64,000 bases of DNA from the NCBI GenBank assembly GCA_965202585.1, contig OZ241833.1:24614001-24678000 (forward strand), read 5' to 3'. Positions 40,552-52,816 of this stretch are shown here, in pieces. The translations under genes and the position numbers were made by a program. The notes beneath the pieces are model-generated. The model was not told the DNA's origin. It made no database searches and saw only the letters and a program-made list of their open reading frames with translations. Within the stretch, counting starts at the first letter, position 1; every line of letters starts with the position of its first letter. Source of the stretch: Thalia democratica. Taxonomy: Eukaryota.

Positions 40552-42114
40552 CAGGGGTTGGCAGGCAAGTTGTTCTCGCGGACCAAATTTAAAGTTTTTA
40601 AATTTCCCGGGGCCCGCAGTATTTATTTTAGTCAGTTTTTATTTTTAATCGATTTTAGTCACATTTAGCTACTTATAGGTGTCTGACCTGCCCTATTTAA
40701 AATGAGTTTTTATTTTAGAGTCTTAGATTAATATTTATTATAATATTTGTGTCTTAATATTATTTCTAAAATTATTTATAAATTAATTGAAATATAATAA
40801 CAATTTTGTTCTTTTCATTACCACCTAACTCTTTAACAATAACATAAGCAATTTATCAGACGTTTTCCGTATGAAAAAAATTTAAACGATACACAAAAGT
40901 TAAAAATCAACTACGTACACAGTGATGCAATAAAGCAATTGATAGAATTTGATATCCATTTCCTCTTCTACTTCAGTTTCACAAAGTGTTGTTTTTTTCT
41001 CTTCCAGTCTTTTGCATTTTGTAGATAGCCATTTCACGTAGTCATTTACAAGCAACTCTCACTGACATTTGTAAATAATTAAGCTCAAAAAACAGATGTG
41101 GATCAATTTGTATACTTTTTTTTATAATAAACTTCTATTTATTAAGTTATTTTTTTATTTTAAGTTGTTAAAAATAATTTTTATATACTCAATACATGTC
41201 ACATCAAATATTTAAAGTTTCAGCTATTTGTAAAATTAACTTAAGTATAAACAAAACTTATACTGTTAGTTTCATTACAAACGGCTCAAGTTGTTCTTTT
41301 AAAACCCTTAAATACTTTAATAATCTATTTAAAGTTTTTTGGTTGCAACTTTTTGAAACAAAAAAGTTACAATCAGTTACATCAAACCATTCAGTGTTTT
41401 TAAAAGATAAAAAATGTAAAAAGCCAAGATTGAAAAACTTTGCCATTTAAACAAAATAATTTATAAATTAAAAAAAATATTTTTGTTTTTGATTTGTATT
41501 AAATGTTTCTTTGCAAAATTCAATATTGTTGTAAAATAAATATAAAACAAAACATTTTTGTAGTCACATGTCAAAGCAAAGACCTAAATTGTAAAGAATT
41601 GACAAATGTACAAACACTGCAATGTTTGCACAGTGTTTGTACACATAAAAACCTTTATACTAAATAAAATTACTTATTGCATTGTCAACTTACTAAATCT
41701 AAGAAACTTTCCAATCCAAGTACGTAATTTTTTGTATACACTCCAAGATGTTGTTGTTTGAAAGGAAAAGCAACATCTAAACTTTAAAAAAATACTACTA
41801 GAACTACTATCTGTCCTTTTTACTTATTAAGCTTAAGCAGTGAAGATAATAAATGGTTTTTAAAAGATATCCAGGAACTTAAAAACAAAACTAATAAAAA
41901 TACTGTTTTTTTTTTTCGAAAAAATCAATTTAAAGTATATTTGTGTTTAGCGGGCAATCTTTTACATGCTCGAGGGCCACATTTACATGCTCGCGGGCCG
42001 CAGCTTTTTCTTTCGCCGGCCGCATTCCATTTTAATAAAAAACATGCTCGCGGGCCGCAGATTTACACTTCAAGGGCCGGAGTTGGCCCGCGGGCCGCAG
42101 TTTGCCGACCCCTG
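40552..42114. mobile_element. Non-autonomous hAT (Charlie-like) DNA transposon
   Basis: TIRs caggggttggca / caggggtcggca (11/12). 8-bp TSD ttgtaaag / ttttaaag (7/8) with central TA. Right subterminal gcgggccgca repeats. No intact transposase ORF. Confidence 0.85.
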
Positions 42115-44139
42115 TTTTAAAGTTTGCATAAGTTACCACTTTTAATATAATGTGTGTGTAAAACATTTTCTAAAGTTTGCATTTGCATAGTTCACTGAAA
42201 ATCTGATCAAGCATAATACCATATAAAAATTAAATGGAATTAAACATGTGTAACCAACCTAAGTATTATTTATTTTTTCAATTTATATTAAAATATATGA
42301 ATTTAAGTTTTTTCTGTTTAAGCCTTTTTAAACTTGTAGAAATTTAAAAAACGAAGGGCCAATCATAAACTTTGAGTAGCTACTGAGTTTTCAAATAAAA
42401 ATATACATCATATCGTATGAGGTGTTAATATTAATAAAAATATTTAAAAAAAAATTTAGCACACTTTCAAAAATACTGCATGTTAAACTTTAAGTAATCA
42501 AAAGGCTAGTAGATAATATAAGTATTAAGGTGTTATACTAAAAAATTAACATTTTTATGCTTTTTTTAAATAAAATAGTTTATCTAGTTTTAAGCAATAA
42601 AAGAGGCAATAATTTTTACTACAAGTATGTAACATAAAAAAAATATATGCATCAAATGATAAGCTAGGTGAAATTTATAAAGTACAAAAGTATACATAAA
42701 TACGTTAAGGGTTTCACTATTATTTAATTGCTTTTTTTACTCAAAAAGTCAACTAATATTATAGAGTTGCTAGTTTCTTGACACCTATACAAACAAAGGT
42801 ACTTGCTAATTTAGATATTCTGATTGTCATAGGATTCCAAAATCAAAGTGTATGAATTAACGTGATTTAATTAATAACAAACTAAATTCAATAATTAGCA
42901 ATAAGTTCTCGGTTAGGAAGATTAAAAAATAATTAGGTTTATAGAGACTATTGCACTACTGAGTTTCCATGCTACGCAATTATACATAGGTAAAAAGTAT
43001 GTGCTAAATAACAATAATTGCAACAATAATTTGTAAGCAGTAGAACTTTTTTACAAATGATTAAGATCTTAGCTCTGAAACTCAGTAATTTAATAGTCTG
43101 AGCAAACACCATTTATTATTTATGTAGTTTTCAACAAGTCGTATAAAAATTTAAATTTATATACCTTTAATTAACTGAAATTACAATAACCGTAATGGCA
43201 CACATAATAACTTTTTAATTGGCCGGTCCTGGTCTAAGAATAAACCGTAATTAAATAAATCATTTTCTAAAACTTTTTTTAAGACTTATAAACAAATAAA
43301 AACTTCAAGTTTTTCTGAAACAAGTATATTAAGAGTTGATATTGGATACTTAACGAAAGATGAAAAAACTGTTTTTCTCACTACTTGATTATTGTAACAA
43401 AGTATGAAATTTAAAGTTGTAATATAACATTTTTTTATGTATAAGTAGTCAATGAATATTAAAATAAGAAGGTGAAAGAACATTTTAAATAAATTTATGT
43501 AACCAGCCGAATCAAAGATCCTAACAAATAAAGTTTTAACAAATCCCGAAACTAGAACAAGTTTAAAGCTTTTTTAATAATATTCAAACTTTAAAATATT
43601 TGAATATGATTATTCATTTCCTATATATATGAATTTTCAGATAAGAATAGCAAAACAAAATCCTTACAATTTAAGTTTTATAATAAAAAAAAAGAATTTT
43701 ATTAACTTTAAATTTTTCGATACTTATAAAAACAATCAAGTACTACAAGTTTTTAAAATACTCAATATATGAACAGCTCAATATGAGTATAAATAAGTAT
43801 ATACTTTTTAGTCTCTTCTTATCAAACTAACAAAAAAAAAATTGCTTAAAATATCAAAAAATTTAAGATGTCCTAAGTTTTTTAATAACTCTATTACGTT
43901 TTGTGTTAAAAGTTTATTTTTTCTCGTTAGGTTATAAAAACTTAGTCTTTTTTAATATCGATGAGAACTTAGTTAGCAAATTGACTCGTTAAATAGTAGT
44001 TTTTATTAAAACAATATGTGCAAATTTTCAATTTAGTTTATTTGTTTATCATATTGTGTTTAACTTTGTGTTTTCATATAAATTATGTTTGTATATCTAT
44101 ATATAATTTATCTTAAAGTTTTGAATATAAGTTTATTTT

Positions 44140-44197
44140 CTTATTCTCTTTTTGTGTGTCCTGTTTAAGTGGCTCAGGTTTTGATGCCTGAGTCCAA
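44140..44197 (+). mobile_element. Probable LINE/SINE 3' tail with stem-loop, abutting the assembly gap
   Basis: taagtggctcaggttttgatgcctgagtcc is homologous to 59312-59341 and is preceded by a T-rich tract. Confidence 0.55.
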
Positions 44198-44420
44198 NNN
44201 NNNNNNNNNNNNNNNNNNNNNNNNNNNNNNNNNNNNNNNNNNNNNNNNNNNNNNNNNNNNNNNNNNNNNNNNNNNNNNNNNNNNNNNNNNNNNNNNNNNN
44301 NNNNNNNNNNNNNNNNNNNNNNNNNNNNNNNNNNNNNNNNNNNNNNNNNNNNNNNNNNNNNNNNNNNNNNNNNNNNNNNNNNNNNNNNNNNNNNNNNNNN
44401 NNNNNNNNNNNNNNNNNNNN
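44198..44420. other. Assembly gap (223 N)
   Basis: Run of N. Confidence 1.
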
Positions 44421-45643
44421 GAAGTTTTTTGAATATTAATTTTATAATTTTTAGAATAAGAAAAAGTTCAGTTTTTAATCAACTGATAGATTAAATATTC
44501 TAAAAGTCATCAACATTTCATTTTAATTTTTAGTTATTATGATTGTACTGATCTTATGTATATATTTTTTTTAAATCATCTTATTGTAATAGAGCTCTGA
44601 ATATGTTCAACAACTATTCTAAATAAAATTGTTAAGTACAAAAGCTTTAAACTTTGTTTAGTAGACCATAATTTGAACTTAAAGGTTTTTTTACCCTGTT
44701 TTCTTAAAAAGCTTTTCAATAAGTAAGTATCTTTCTAATACTTTTCTTATAATCTTTTAATAAAAATAAATTGGTCTATCGTGTATACATACATACATGG
44801 TTATGATAAAAATATTTGTATCAAATATTAAGCAGCAAACTATGCAATGGAATTCGCGTGAATTCTTTAACCTATATAGAATGTTGTAAAACGTGCACTG
44901 CGGTTAGGAAAGTTATTGGTCAGCATATTTTTTTTGCTGCAAAAATACGAGAAGATTTCAAAATCGGATTTATTTTTGTATCTTTGTGTTGTTTCTCAGT
45001 CCTTTTCTTACAGTAATTGCTTCTTTTATAGTGTTTGTCAATAAGTCGGTAACTGGTGTATAACATTTCTAAACTAACTAAATTACTTTTTAAACGTTAG
45101 TGTCATAAATAAAGATAAACGATATTTTTGGTGTAGTAGTTTATTCTAAAAAAGTTAGACAATATTATTTTGATTATAATTCACTACTTCAAATTCAATA
45201 TCATTTTTTTATTAATTAAGTCAAAAAATATATTTTTTTAATTAAATTGATTTTAGTAATTTTTTGTGAAAATAAATTTTAGTACAACTTTTATGCACTA
45301 AATTTTTAAAAATACAAGTAAATATGTTTTTTACTTCTTTATAGCGTTAAATGCTTAAAAATGTTTACTAAAACATCAACTTAAACCCAAAGTTTACGTA
45401 AAAATTTTGAATATATTTTTCTTCGTACAGAAGTTATTTTTCACTCGTTTACAATAAATTCTTACACATGCTGTCTCAATCGGATCTTTTCTTTCTGTAA
45501 AAATATTTGCATAAGAAAAAGATTAAACGTTGCCAACATTAAACAATACAGTTACAAAGTTTGTTTAATTATCGATATGAAGAACATTCATAAGTTGAAT
45601 GGCATAATTTAAAATATTTGAGAGCTACCAAACCCATATAATC

Positions 45644-48600
45644 TCACAATAGTAGTGTGTTCAACTCACGCAAAGTGTTGCAGTGGTTCGGCTTGTACTT
45701 GGTCCTCAAACAAACACGCTGCCTCCATTTGTTGAAACCACCGGCAACCTTACCAAAGTATTCATCTTTGTTCTTTCTGCAGTGGTCTGGCGGTAGAGGA
45801 GAGTAAGTCCTCTGAAACGTAGTTTGATGCTTTACAAAACTTTTATTGTTTCTTTGAATCCATGAAACATGACTTTAAGTAAATAAAAAGAAACAACATT
45901 TAATTATTTTATATATTTACTCACTCCACCACTGCTGACAACTTGGCCGCTACCAGGTATCAGATCGATTATTTTCTCGAAAACGGGGCATTTTTCCGGG
46001 TTGCAAGACTTTGCATACTCTTCGTCGGTCAAAAACTCGTACTTACAATCTCTTTCTTGCTGTTTATTGGTTAAAATATTTTTTTGTTTTGTATTAGTGG
46101 TACACTTTTCAGTGACCCAGTTAATTCAACAGTTTCAATGTAAGTATCTTTCAGCAAAAAAAATAATTTTTATAGTTGATATTTTTACTGGCATATGTGA
46201 TATATTAATAACAAAATAAAATTAATAATAAAAAAACTAAACCAAAAATAAATATTGTTTTCTTAACAAGTTTAGCTTTCAGTAAAAAGGAGTTTAGCTT
46301 TCGATAGCTTATATAAACTAAAATCAGCATATTGGCACAAGAATTATTTATTTCTATGAAAATAATAAAAAGTTTAGATGTAAAGAATTAAGTAGCTTTA
46401 TACCTAAACTGGTGTGTTGTTATTTACATACAATACTCAGTTCAAACTTGACAAAATATAAATTAGTAGTGCATTTACAAACAACTATCAGCCTATAGTT
46501 TTAGAAACACTTTAAAATATTCTTTTTAATATGAAACTCACGTTGAAACAACTGCGCTCGTACTCAGAAAGAGCTGTAAACAAAAATAAAGTTAGTAAAC
46601 AAAAAGTCTAAAGTTATTTAATTATAATTGTGAAACTTAACACTTTTTAGCAGTACAAACTTTTTTTTTCAAATAAGTTTTCGTTTTGCACAAAAAAACC
46701 TCAAAAATTTTATTTTGCAAAGTTTTACTAGTGTATAGTTTCATTTGAACAAAAATATTTTTACTTGGTACATATTTCAAGTTAAAAAGTTGGAAATGGT
46801 CTCCTGAAAACAAAAGTGACTTAATTACAATTTTTTCTTTCTTAAAGTAGCATAGCAGATTTTTAAGCACTCACCGTAATAATCGAAAGTGGTGTCGGAC
46901 AAGTCGGCATCATCAAAGTTTTCGAAAGTGAGCAAGTAGATTGAAGACACGTAAGTCAGTTTCTTGTCGCTGTACGACTTGAAGTTGATTCCGTCACTTT
47001 TTTTAATCATCGCCAAATCGAAATCAGTTGCGTTGTCGACGTTTAGAATGTTCTCACCTGTATGAAAACATTAAATAAGTAATACGAGCTTTATAAAAGT
47101 TCATAAAAGTTTTATACTAAGCCGAAGCAATCATCAGAAAAAAAATTCTTCGTGATAAAATAATTAAACTTTAGTTTAATGTGATGCTTTGAAACATAAA
47201 ATACTTAAGCAAATTTTACTAAGTTATTTTAAATATCTATAACAAGATATACCGCAGATGCTTTTGTGTCAAAACTTTATTCTGACTAACGGCGTTTCAC
47301 TGCTCTCAAATAACTTTATTAACAGCTTAGCTTATCAGGATCTCTAGGATTTAACGCCTTTTAACATTACATCTTATAACAAGATATACTAAGTACAAAA
47401 TTCATACTTTTTTTTCATGGATTAAAAAATGTTTGTTAAAACAAGAATTTTTCAAACAAGTGGTTAAAATATATCAAGCAAAAACATGCGTTTGAAACGT
47501 CACAAAAACCTGTCACGAAGTCAGCCAGCTCGACGTTCACCCCTTCCGGGACGTTTTTCAAAAAAACAGCGGTGAGGCTCGTGTGCTGCCTGGACGAACC
47601 CTCGTAAATTCTCGGCACGAACACCGAACACGAGGACTGGACGCTCAGAGACGCGGGGTAACCTTGCAGCTCCGTCACCAGGTCGCAGCCGGCTGTTTTG
47701 AAAAAAAAAACATATTACGAAATTTCATAAATCAAAAAACAAGTTTTGTACCTATGTAGTTGACGGTGAACGGCGTGCTACTCTGCATGAGGTAGGCGAC
47801 TCGAAGCGCCTTTACGGCGACGACCTTGTCCTCATTGCCACGCACCACGTCGAACAAGGCGGAGTCGTAGCCGTTGGTGCTGACGTAGATGGCAGCAGCG
47901 AAGCGTGCGTCCTAAAACGTCAACTTTAGTGATAAAAAACAATGTTGCTTTCGGCCTGTTTTGCCACTTCATAATGTCTTTAAAAGTCATATAAGATTCT
48001 AAAAAATTGTAATTTAGAATTATAGAAGTAAGTTTCTACCAGCCTGACGACTGATTTGTCGTGTTTAAAGTATAGTTTATAAAGGTAAAACAAGAAATTT
48101 AGTAGTTTTTCGCTATTATTACTCTTTTTAACCACGGGTAAAGATAAATATAAAATATCTGTACTCAATTTTTTTTTAATTTTTGTGTTAGTTTTACTTA
48201 AGAACTTAAAATATTTTTAAAGTGTTTAAGCATCTTATATATTAATGAAAGCAACAAAAATTTAAAGAACTTATATAAAACGTTTTTATTAAGTCATTTG
48301 AAAAATTACTACTGCATAACAATCTTTTAAATTTAAACAGTTAGTAAAATAATGTTTGGTACTTTAAGTAGGCAACAAAAAAAGGTTTTATGCATGGGAT
48401 CTCTAACAAATGGTCCACACATTGTTTTGACGTGACCCAACATCAATTAAAAAAAAACTGTGAAGGTTAAAACACTTAAATACTTCTGTCTAGACTAGTT
48501 AATTATGCATAAACTACTTTCAATATATATTTTTTTAATTTCATTAATACGTCATGTGTTTTAAATACTCACTACTTTCTAAAGATTTTTTAGGACCACT

Positions 48601-50057
48601 TAAATACTTATGCTTGCAACGCTGCCCATTAAAATTGGACATTCTTAATTATTATCTTTACATTTAAAATAAAATACTTAAAATCACCTGTATATCAGAA
48701 AATTTTAAAACAATAGTTTCATATTGGCTTCTTTTTATTTCTTTATAATATCCATTGAATGTTCTACTCATTGATTCTTCATTGAAATATCCTCTATTGG
48801 ACACACAAACACGCTGTGAACATTCTTCTACTGTTTACGTATTTTGATTATGTTAATATAATAATAAATATAATTAATAATATTTTTTTGTTTTAAATGT
48901 TATAAATCTTCACAAAAAGTTTTTTAGTTTTTATTTAATTAAAATGTTACAGAAAGTATAGTTATTTTTTAAAGCTCTATAATAATAAATTACTAAAAAA
49001 AAGTTTTTTTTAACTACTTATATAACAATATTACAAAATACAAAGCCATAACAAAATATACTTTTACAAACTATAAAAAACCACTAAAACCTTTTAAATT
49101 TGTCAAAATATTTATTTTTCTATTTCTTCAAAAGTTTCTTCATAAATACAACAAAGAATTTTTTGTGAAAAGACGTACCGTAGTTTAATGTTATACATAA
49201 AAAAAAACATATTAAAGTACACTGCTTGAAATTTTATAACAAAAACCTTAAAACTTTAAATACAACAACAAAAAATCAAACTCTTTAAGCAATTGGTGTA
49301 AAATTTTAATTTTTTTTAGACATATCTATTTTTAAAATTTAACAGTAATAATTTCTACCAACAACAATACAGTAAAAAGTTATGACAAAATAAATAACAA
49401 AAACTATAAATGTAACGTTCTAAACATAATGTTCATACAAAAACTAATCAATAAAAATTTGATTTACTCTTTTCAACCGTGTACTACAAAGCCGTTATTA
49501 CTGTTAGATTATATAAAGAAACATGATAAAATGTTTTTCTACACCAAATAAGTTCTAGCTTTAGAAAAGCTGTTGATTTCGACAGTCATTAGCGGTCGAA
49601 GTAATGTAATTTTATCGCACTTAAAGTAGAACAAACTTATCATATAAACTTTATTTGATAATTTTTAAAACAAAAATTTAAAATAAACTAAAAATTTTCC
49701 TCTTTTAGCTTACTTATTAAACAATTTCAAACTAAGTATCTTAAACACAGGTCTAATAATAGCAAGAATTAACTTGTAACCTTTTTAGAATATATAAAAC
49801 CATTTAAAATATACGTGGTAGATAATATCTTAGAAATTTTGTTAACCTGTTTTCGATTAGCTAAGTTTAGAAATAAATTAATTACTACCTCCAAAGCTAC
49901 TAAGAATTTCTGTAAGTAAACTTTACCAATGTCAAGTTTAAAATTGCTTACAGAAAAAAAAAACTAAAAGTTCTGAGATAGAAAATTTCTAACCTTCGTT
50001 TGAAGAAAACACTTCGTTTACTAAAGCAAATACGAACAGTGAAACCAGCAACTTCAT
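45644..50057 (-). CDS. Uncharacterised secreted protein of about 352-355 aa: signal peptide, two probable divergent CUB-like domains, Cys-rich C-terminus
   Basis: Exons: 50057-49994, 48830-48688, 47911-47752, 47692-47510, 47057-46875, 46573-46542, 46059-45925, and 45811-45644 (stop), or 45811-45670 spliced to 44936-44920. All frame-consistent GT-AG. Signal peptide MKLLVSLFVFALVNEVFS. CUB-like strand pattern (TIVLKFSDI, IYVSTNG, LRVAYL, PFTVNY; AGC, CSVFV, LTAVF, INFKS) with phase-1 introns at module boundaries. The gene model is firm; the domain call is inference. Confidence 0.8.
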
Positions 50058-50074
50058 TTTTTATTCCAATATAC

Positions 50075-50113
50075 AACTGGCAACAGTTTTATTTTTGAAT
50101 TACTTTGTTTATA
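50075..50113 (-). promoter_or_regulatory. Candidate TATA box and Inr-like site for the secreted-protein gene
   Basis: Minus-strand TATAAA at 50113-50108 and CCAGTT at 50080-50075, just upstream of ATG 50057, next to a locally GC-richer patch (50115-50340). Weak evidence in an AT-rich genome. Confidence 0.3.
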
Positions 50114-51688
50114 GTCTGCGAGGTTTATTTATACGGATTTTTTTTTCCAATGCGCCTTAGGCAATTTGAAGCGTCATAATGGCGCAAATAGCAAAACATG
50201 ACATATTCGTGTAGGTTTTGCGATTGATCGTTTGGAATAACGCCCAGTGGTCGGGAATAATTATCTGCTTCAATTTGTAGTTGCTGCTATTCACACCTTC
50301 ACTTTCTCACTAGCAGTTACCAGTAGAAATTTCGCTACAAATTAAATTTAGTTGTATGATATTTTTAGAATTCCACAAACCAAAGCTTTATTTGAAATTT
50401 AGTGCTTTTTTTTGCGTAGAGTGTTCACAGTGTTGGTTAGATGACAATTTAATTTCCGACAATTAAAATTTTTGAAAAACATTTTTAAGGGAAAAAATAA
50501 AAATATATAATACATACTAGAAAAAAAGCTCTTGTAGGTCTAATTAATAAGGTAATGTTAGTGAAAAAAAAAAGACTATAAACTTACTAAAAATTACAAT
50601 ATTTTTAAAACATGTTGCCATATCTCGAAAATAGTTTGAACTTTATTAATAAAAAAATGCAAGTATATCAAATTAATAAAAGTATTGTCGTAAAATAACT
50701 TTGTTCATTAACATTTGTTGAAATAAATATGAACAAAAACAAAGAACTATTAAAATTTGAACAGTCGGGATTTGAAATATCGTGCGACCAACTATGTTTA
50801 TGCTTGTCATCAGTTTGAAGTTATATTGTGAAAAACATGTTCGTTTTTATTTAGACAAATTGTAAGATGATATGTGGTTTTAACATACATTAATCACCAG
50901 TTTTCTGACTAAATAGTATTTCTTTTTATTTTAAAAGTTAATTAATTAAATTTTAAATTTAATTTCTTATAAGAACAGCTGTTTTATAAAATTAAATTAC
51001 ACTACCTTAAACATGACTAGTAAGTTAAAGTTTTACATCTTCAGAGTGGTATTAATCTGAACTTAAATTAAAAATTTTAAACTAATTAAAGTTATATAGA
51101 TCCTTATAACCCCTTATTTTTTCCTAAATTATACTACAATAACATGGAAATAGTTTAAATATAATCTACCAATTAACAAAAAAGTCTTATTTTTTCAATT
51201 TGATATTTTTAAATTAATTATCTTCTTTTAATGATAAACTTTGTATAAATGGTTTTGTTTTACCTTTTATAAATCTATACAATTGTATTTTAAAGATCAA
51301 ATGTAAATAAAAATAGTAGCACCGTTTTAAAGTTTTATTAAATTTACAAAAGTTACTAAAGTATTTAAATAAAGTAAGAATTATACTTTTAAAAATATTT
51401 ATTAAAACAACTAGGTTTTAATGTACACATGTTTGAAATTTCAATCTACTACTACTTATCCTATTTTTATACATTTTAAACTAGTTTTTTTAATCTAATT
51501 TTTTTTAAATACTTAGTGCATAAATATAAGCTAGTTGTTGAACCAACAGTATTTGTTAATCTCGGTACGTACAATTATACTTAAATAACAATTTAAATAA
51601 AAATTTTAAAGTTTTTATAAAATTTTGAAGAAATAAGATTTTGAATGATGTTTTTAAGTATTTTCTTTTTTTTTTGAGTAAAGTAGTA

Positions 51689-52790
51689 CAGTGCTTCCTC
51701 ACTTATCTGGCCATGTTGGGAAAGCTTTTTTTATAATTTCGGCCGGATAAGTCTTTGGCCAGATAATTACAAACATTGTATTTTTTCTATTAAACTACCT
51801 CTTTTATACTATGCAATGCACACAATAAAACAAACAATAATTTTTCAGTTAGTTTACTTTTATTTCATTATTTTTAACGAAACGAACTATAAAAACAGAC
51901 GAAGAATAAAAGAAATAATTTTTTGATTATATTTAGAACTGGTTTCACGAATATGAATTACCCTTAAACATTTTACTTGCATCGAAATTCTTCATAAAAA
52001 AAAAAGAGGTTTGTTTGACAGATCTTTCTCGTTTCTTAGCAGAAAACTCACGTATTCGGATGAGTCGTGACAATCTTTTTTGCTCCAGCTAGTCCCAGCT
52101 CCTCCTTTTCGGCTTTAAACTTTTTTATTTTTCCCTCGCTTCTCAAAATATCGTTCAAAGTCGAGTTGCCTACGTTAAACTGGCTTATCATAACAGATTT
52201 AGGAATATTATTTTTTGTCATTTCACAAACTTTTAGCTTTTTTTTATTGTTAGTGTAACTCGTTTTCTTTTTTTTCCGCTGTCTTATTCCTTTTTTAAAC
52301 CAGGTATGTTGCCTGAATCAAAAACATGTAACTTACTTTATAAAGTCTAAAATGCTTGCAAATTAATAATAAAAAGCTTTTTTACTTACTAAGCGAGAAA
52401 ACTATGAATTTTTAACATTAAGTTGGAGAAAGTTTTAGAAAACATGACGTAGCTGTAAACTGCTTGCTTTGTTATAAAATCTGAATTAATCGTGTACTGT
52501 AGTAAAACATTGATTTTAACTTAAAAAAAAGTTTATTTTACTAGTATAACAATTTAACTAAGATATTCAGTTATTAATGTTACTATCCTATCGATAGAAA
52601 CTATTGAAAATAATTTGTAGATATTAATCTCCTTACTTATAAGTTGAGAATTTTTATTGTAATCTTTTATTTAAAGGTACATAAAAACGTTGATATTTTA
52701 GTTTAATTAAATAAGTGTATTTCTCGACAAAAACCGGCCGGAGAAGCGAGGAACCGGATAAGCGAGGACCAGATAAGTGAGGAAGGACTG
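51689..52790 (-). mobile_element. Internally deleted Tigger/pogo (Tc1/mariner superfamily) transposon with CENP-B-type HTH remnant
   Basis: 24-bp TIRs cagtgcttcctcacttatctggcc / cagtccttcctcacttatctggtc (22/24) with TA TSD on both sides. Minus strand about 52275-52070 reads RKRVTLTIKK/LKVCEM...ISQFNVGNSTLNDILRSEGKI with one homopolymer frameshift. Confidence 0.9.
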
Positions 52791-52816
52791 TATTAGGCAT
52801 ATTTATGGAGTACCTA

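Noticed and set aside
40880-41700. hAT transposase remnants (YVKWLS, VSFITNG) inside the hAT element
   Set aside because: The matches are too short, on opposite strands and interrupted; they cannot be supported without a profile search.
44169-44432. 87-aa ORF
   Set aside because: It spans the N gap and is an artefact.
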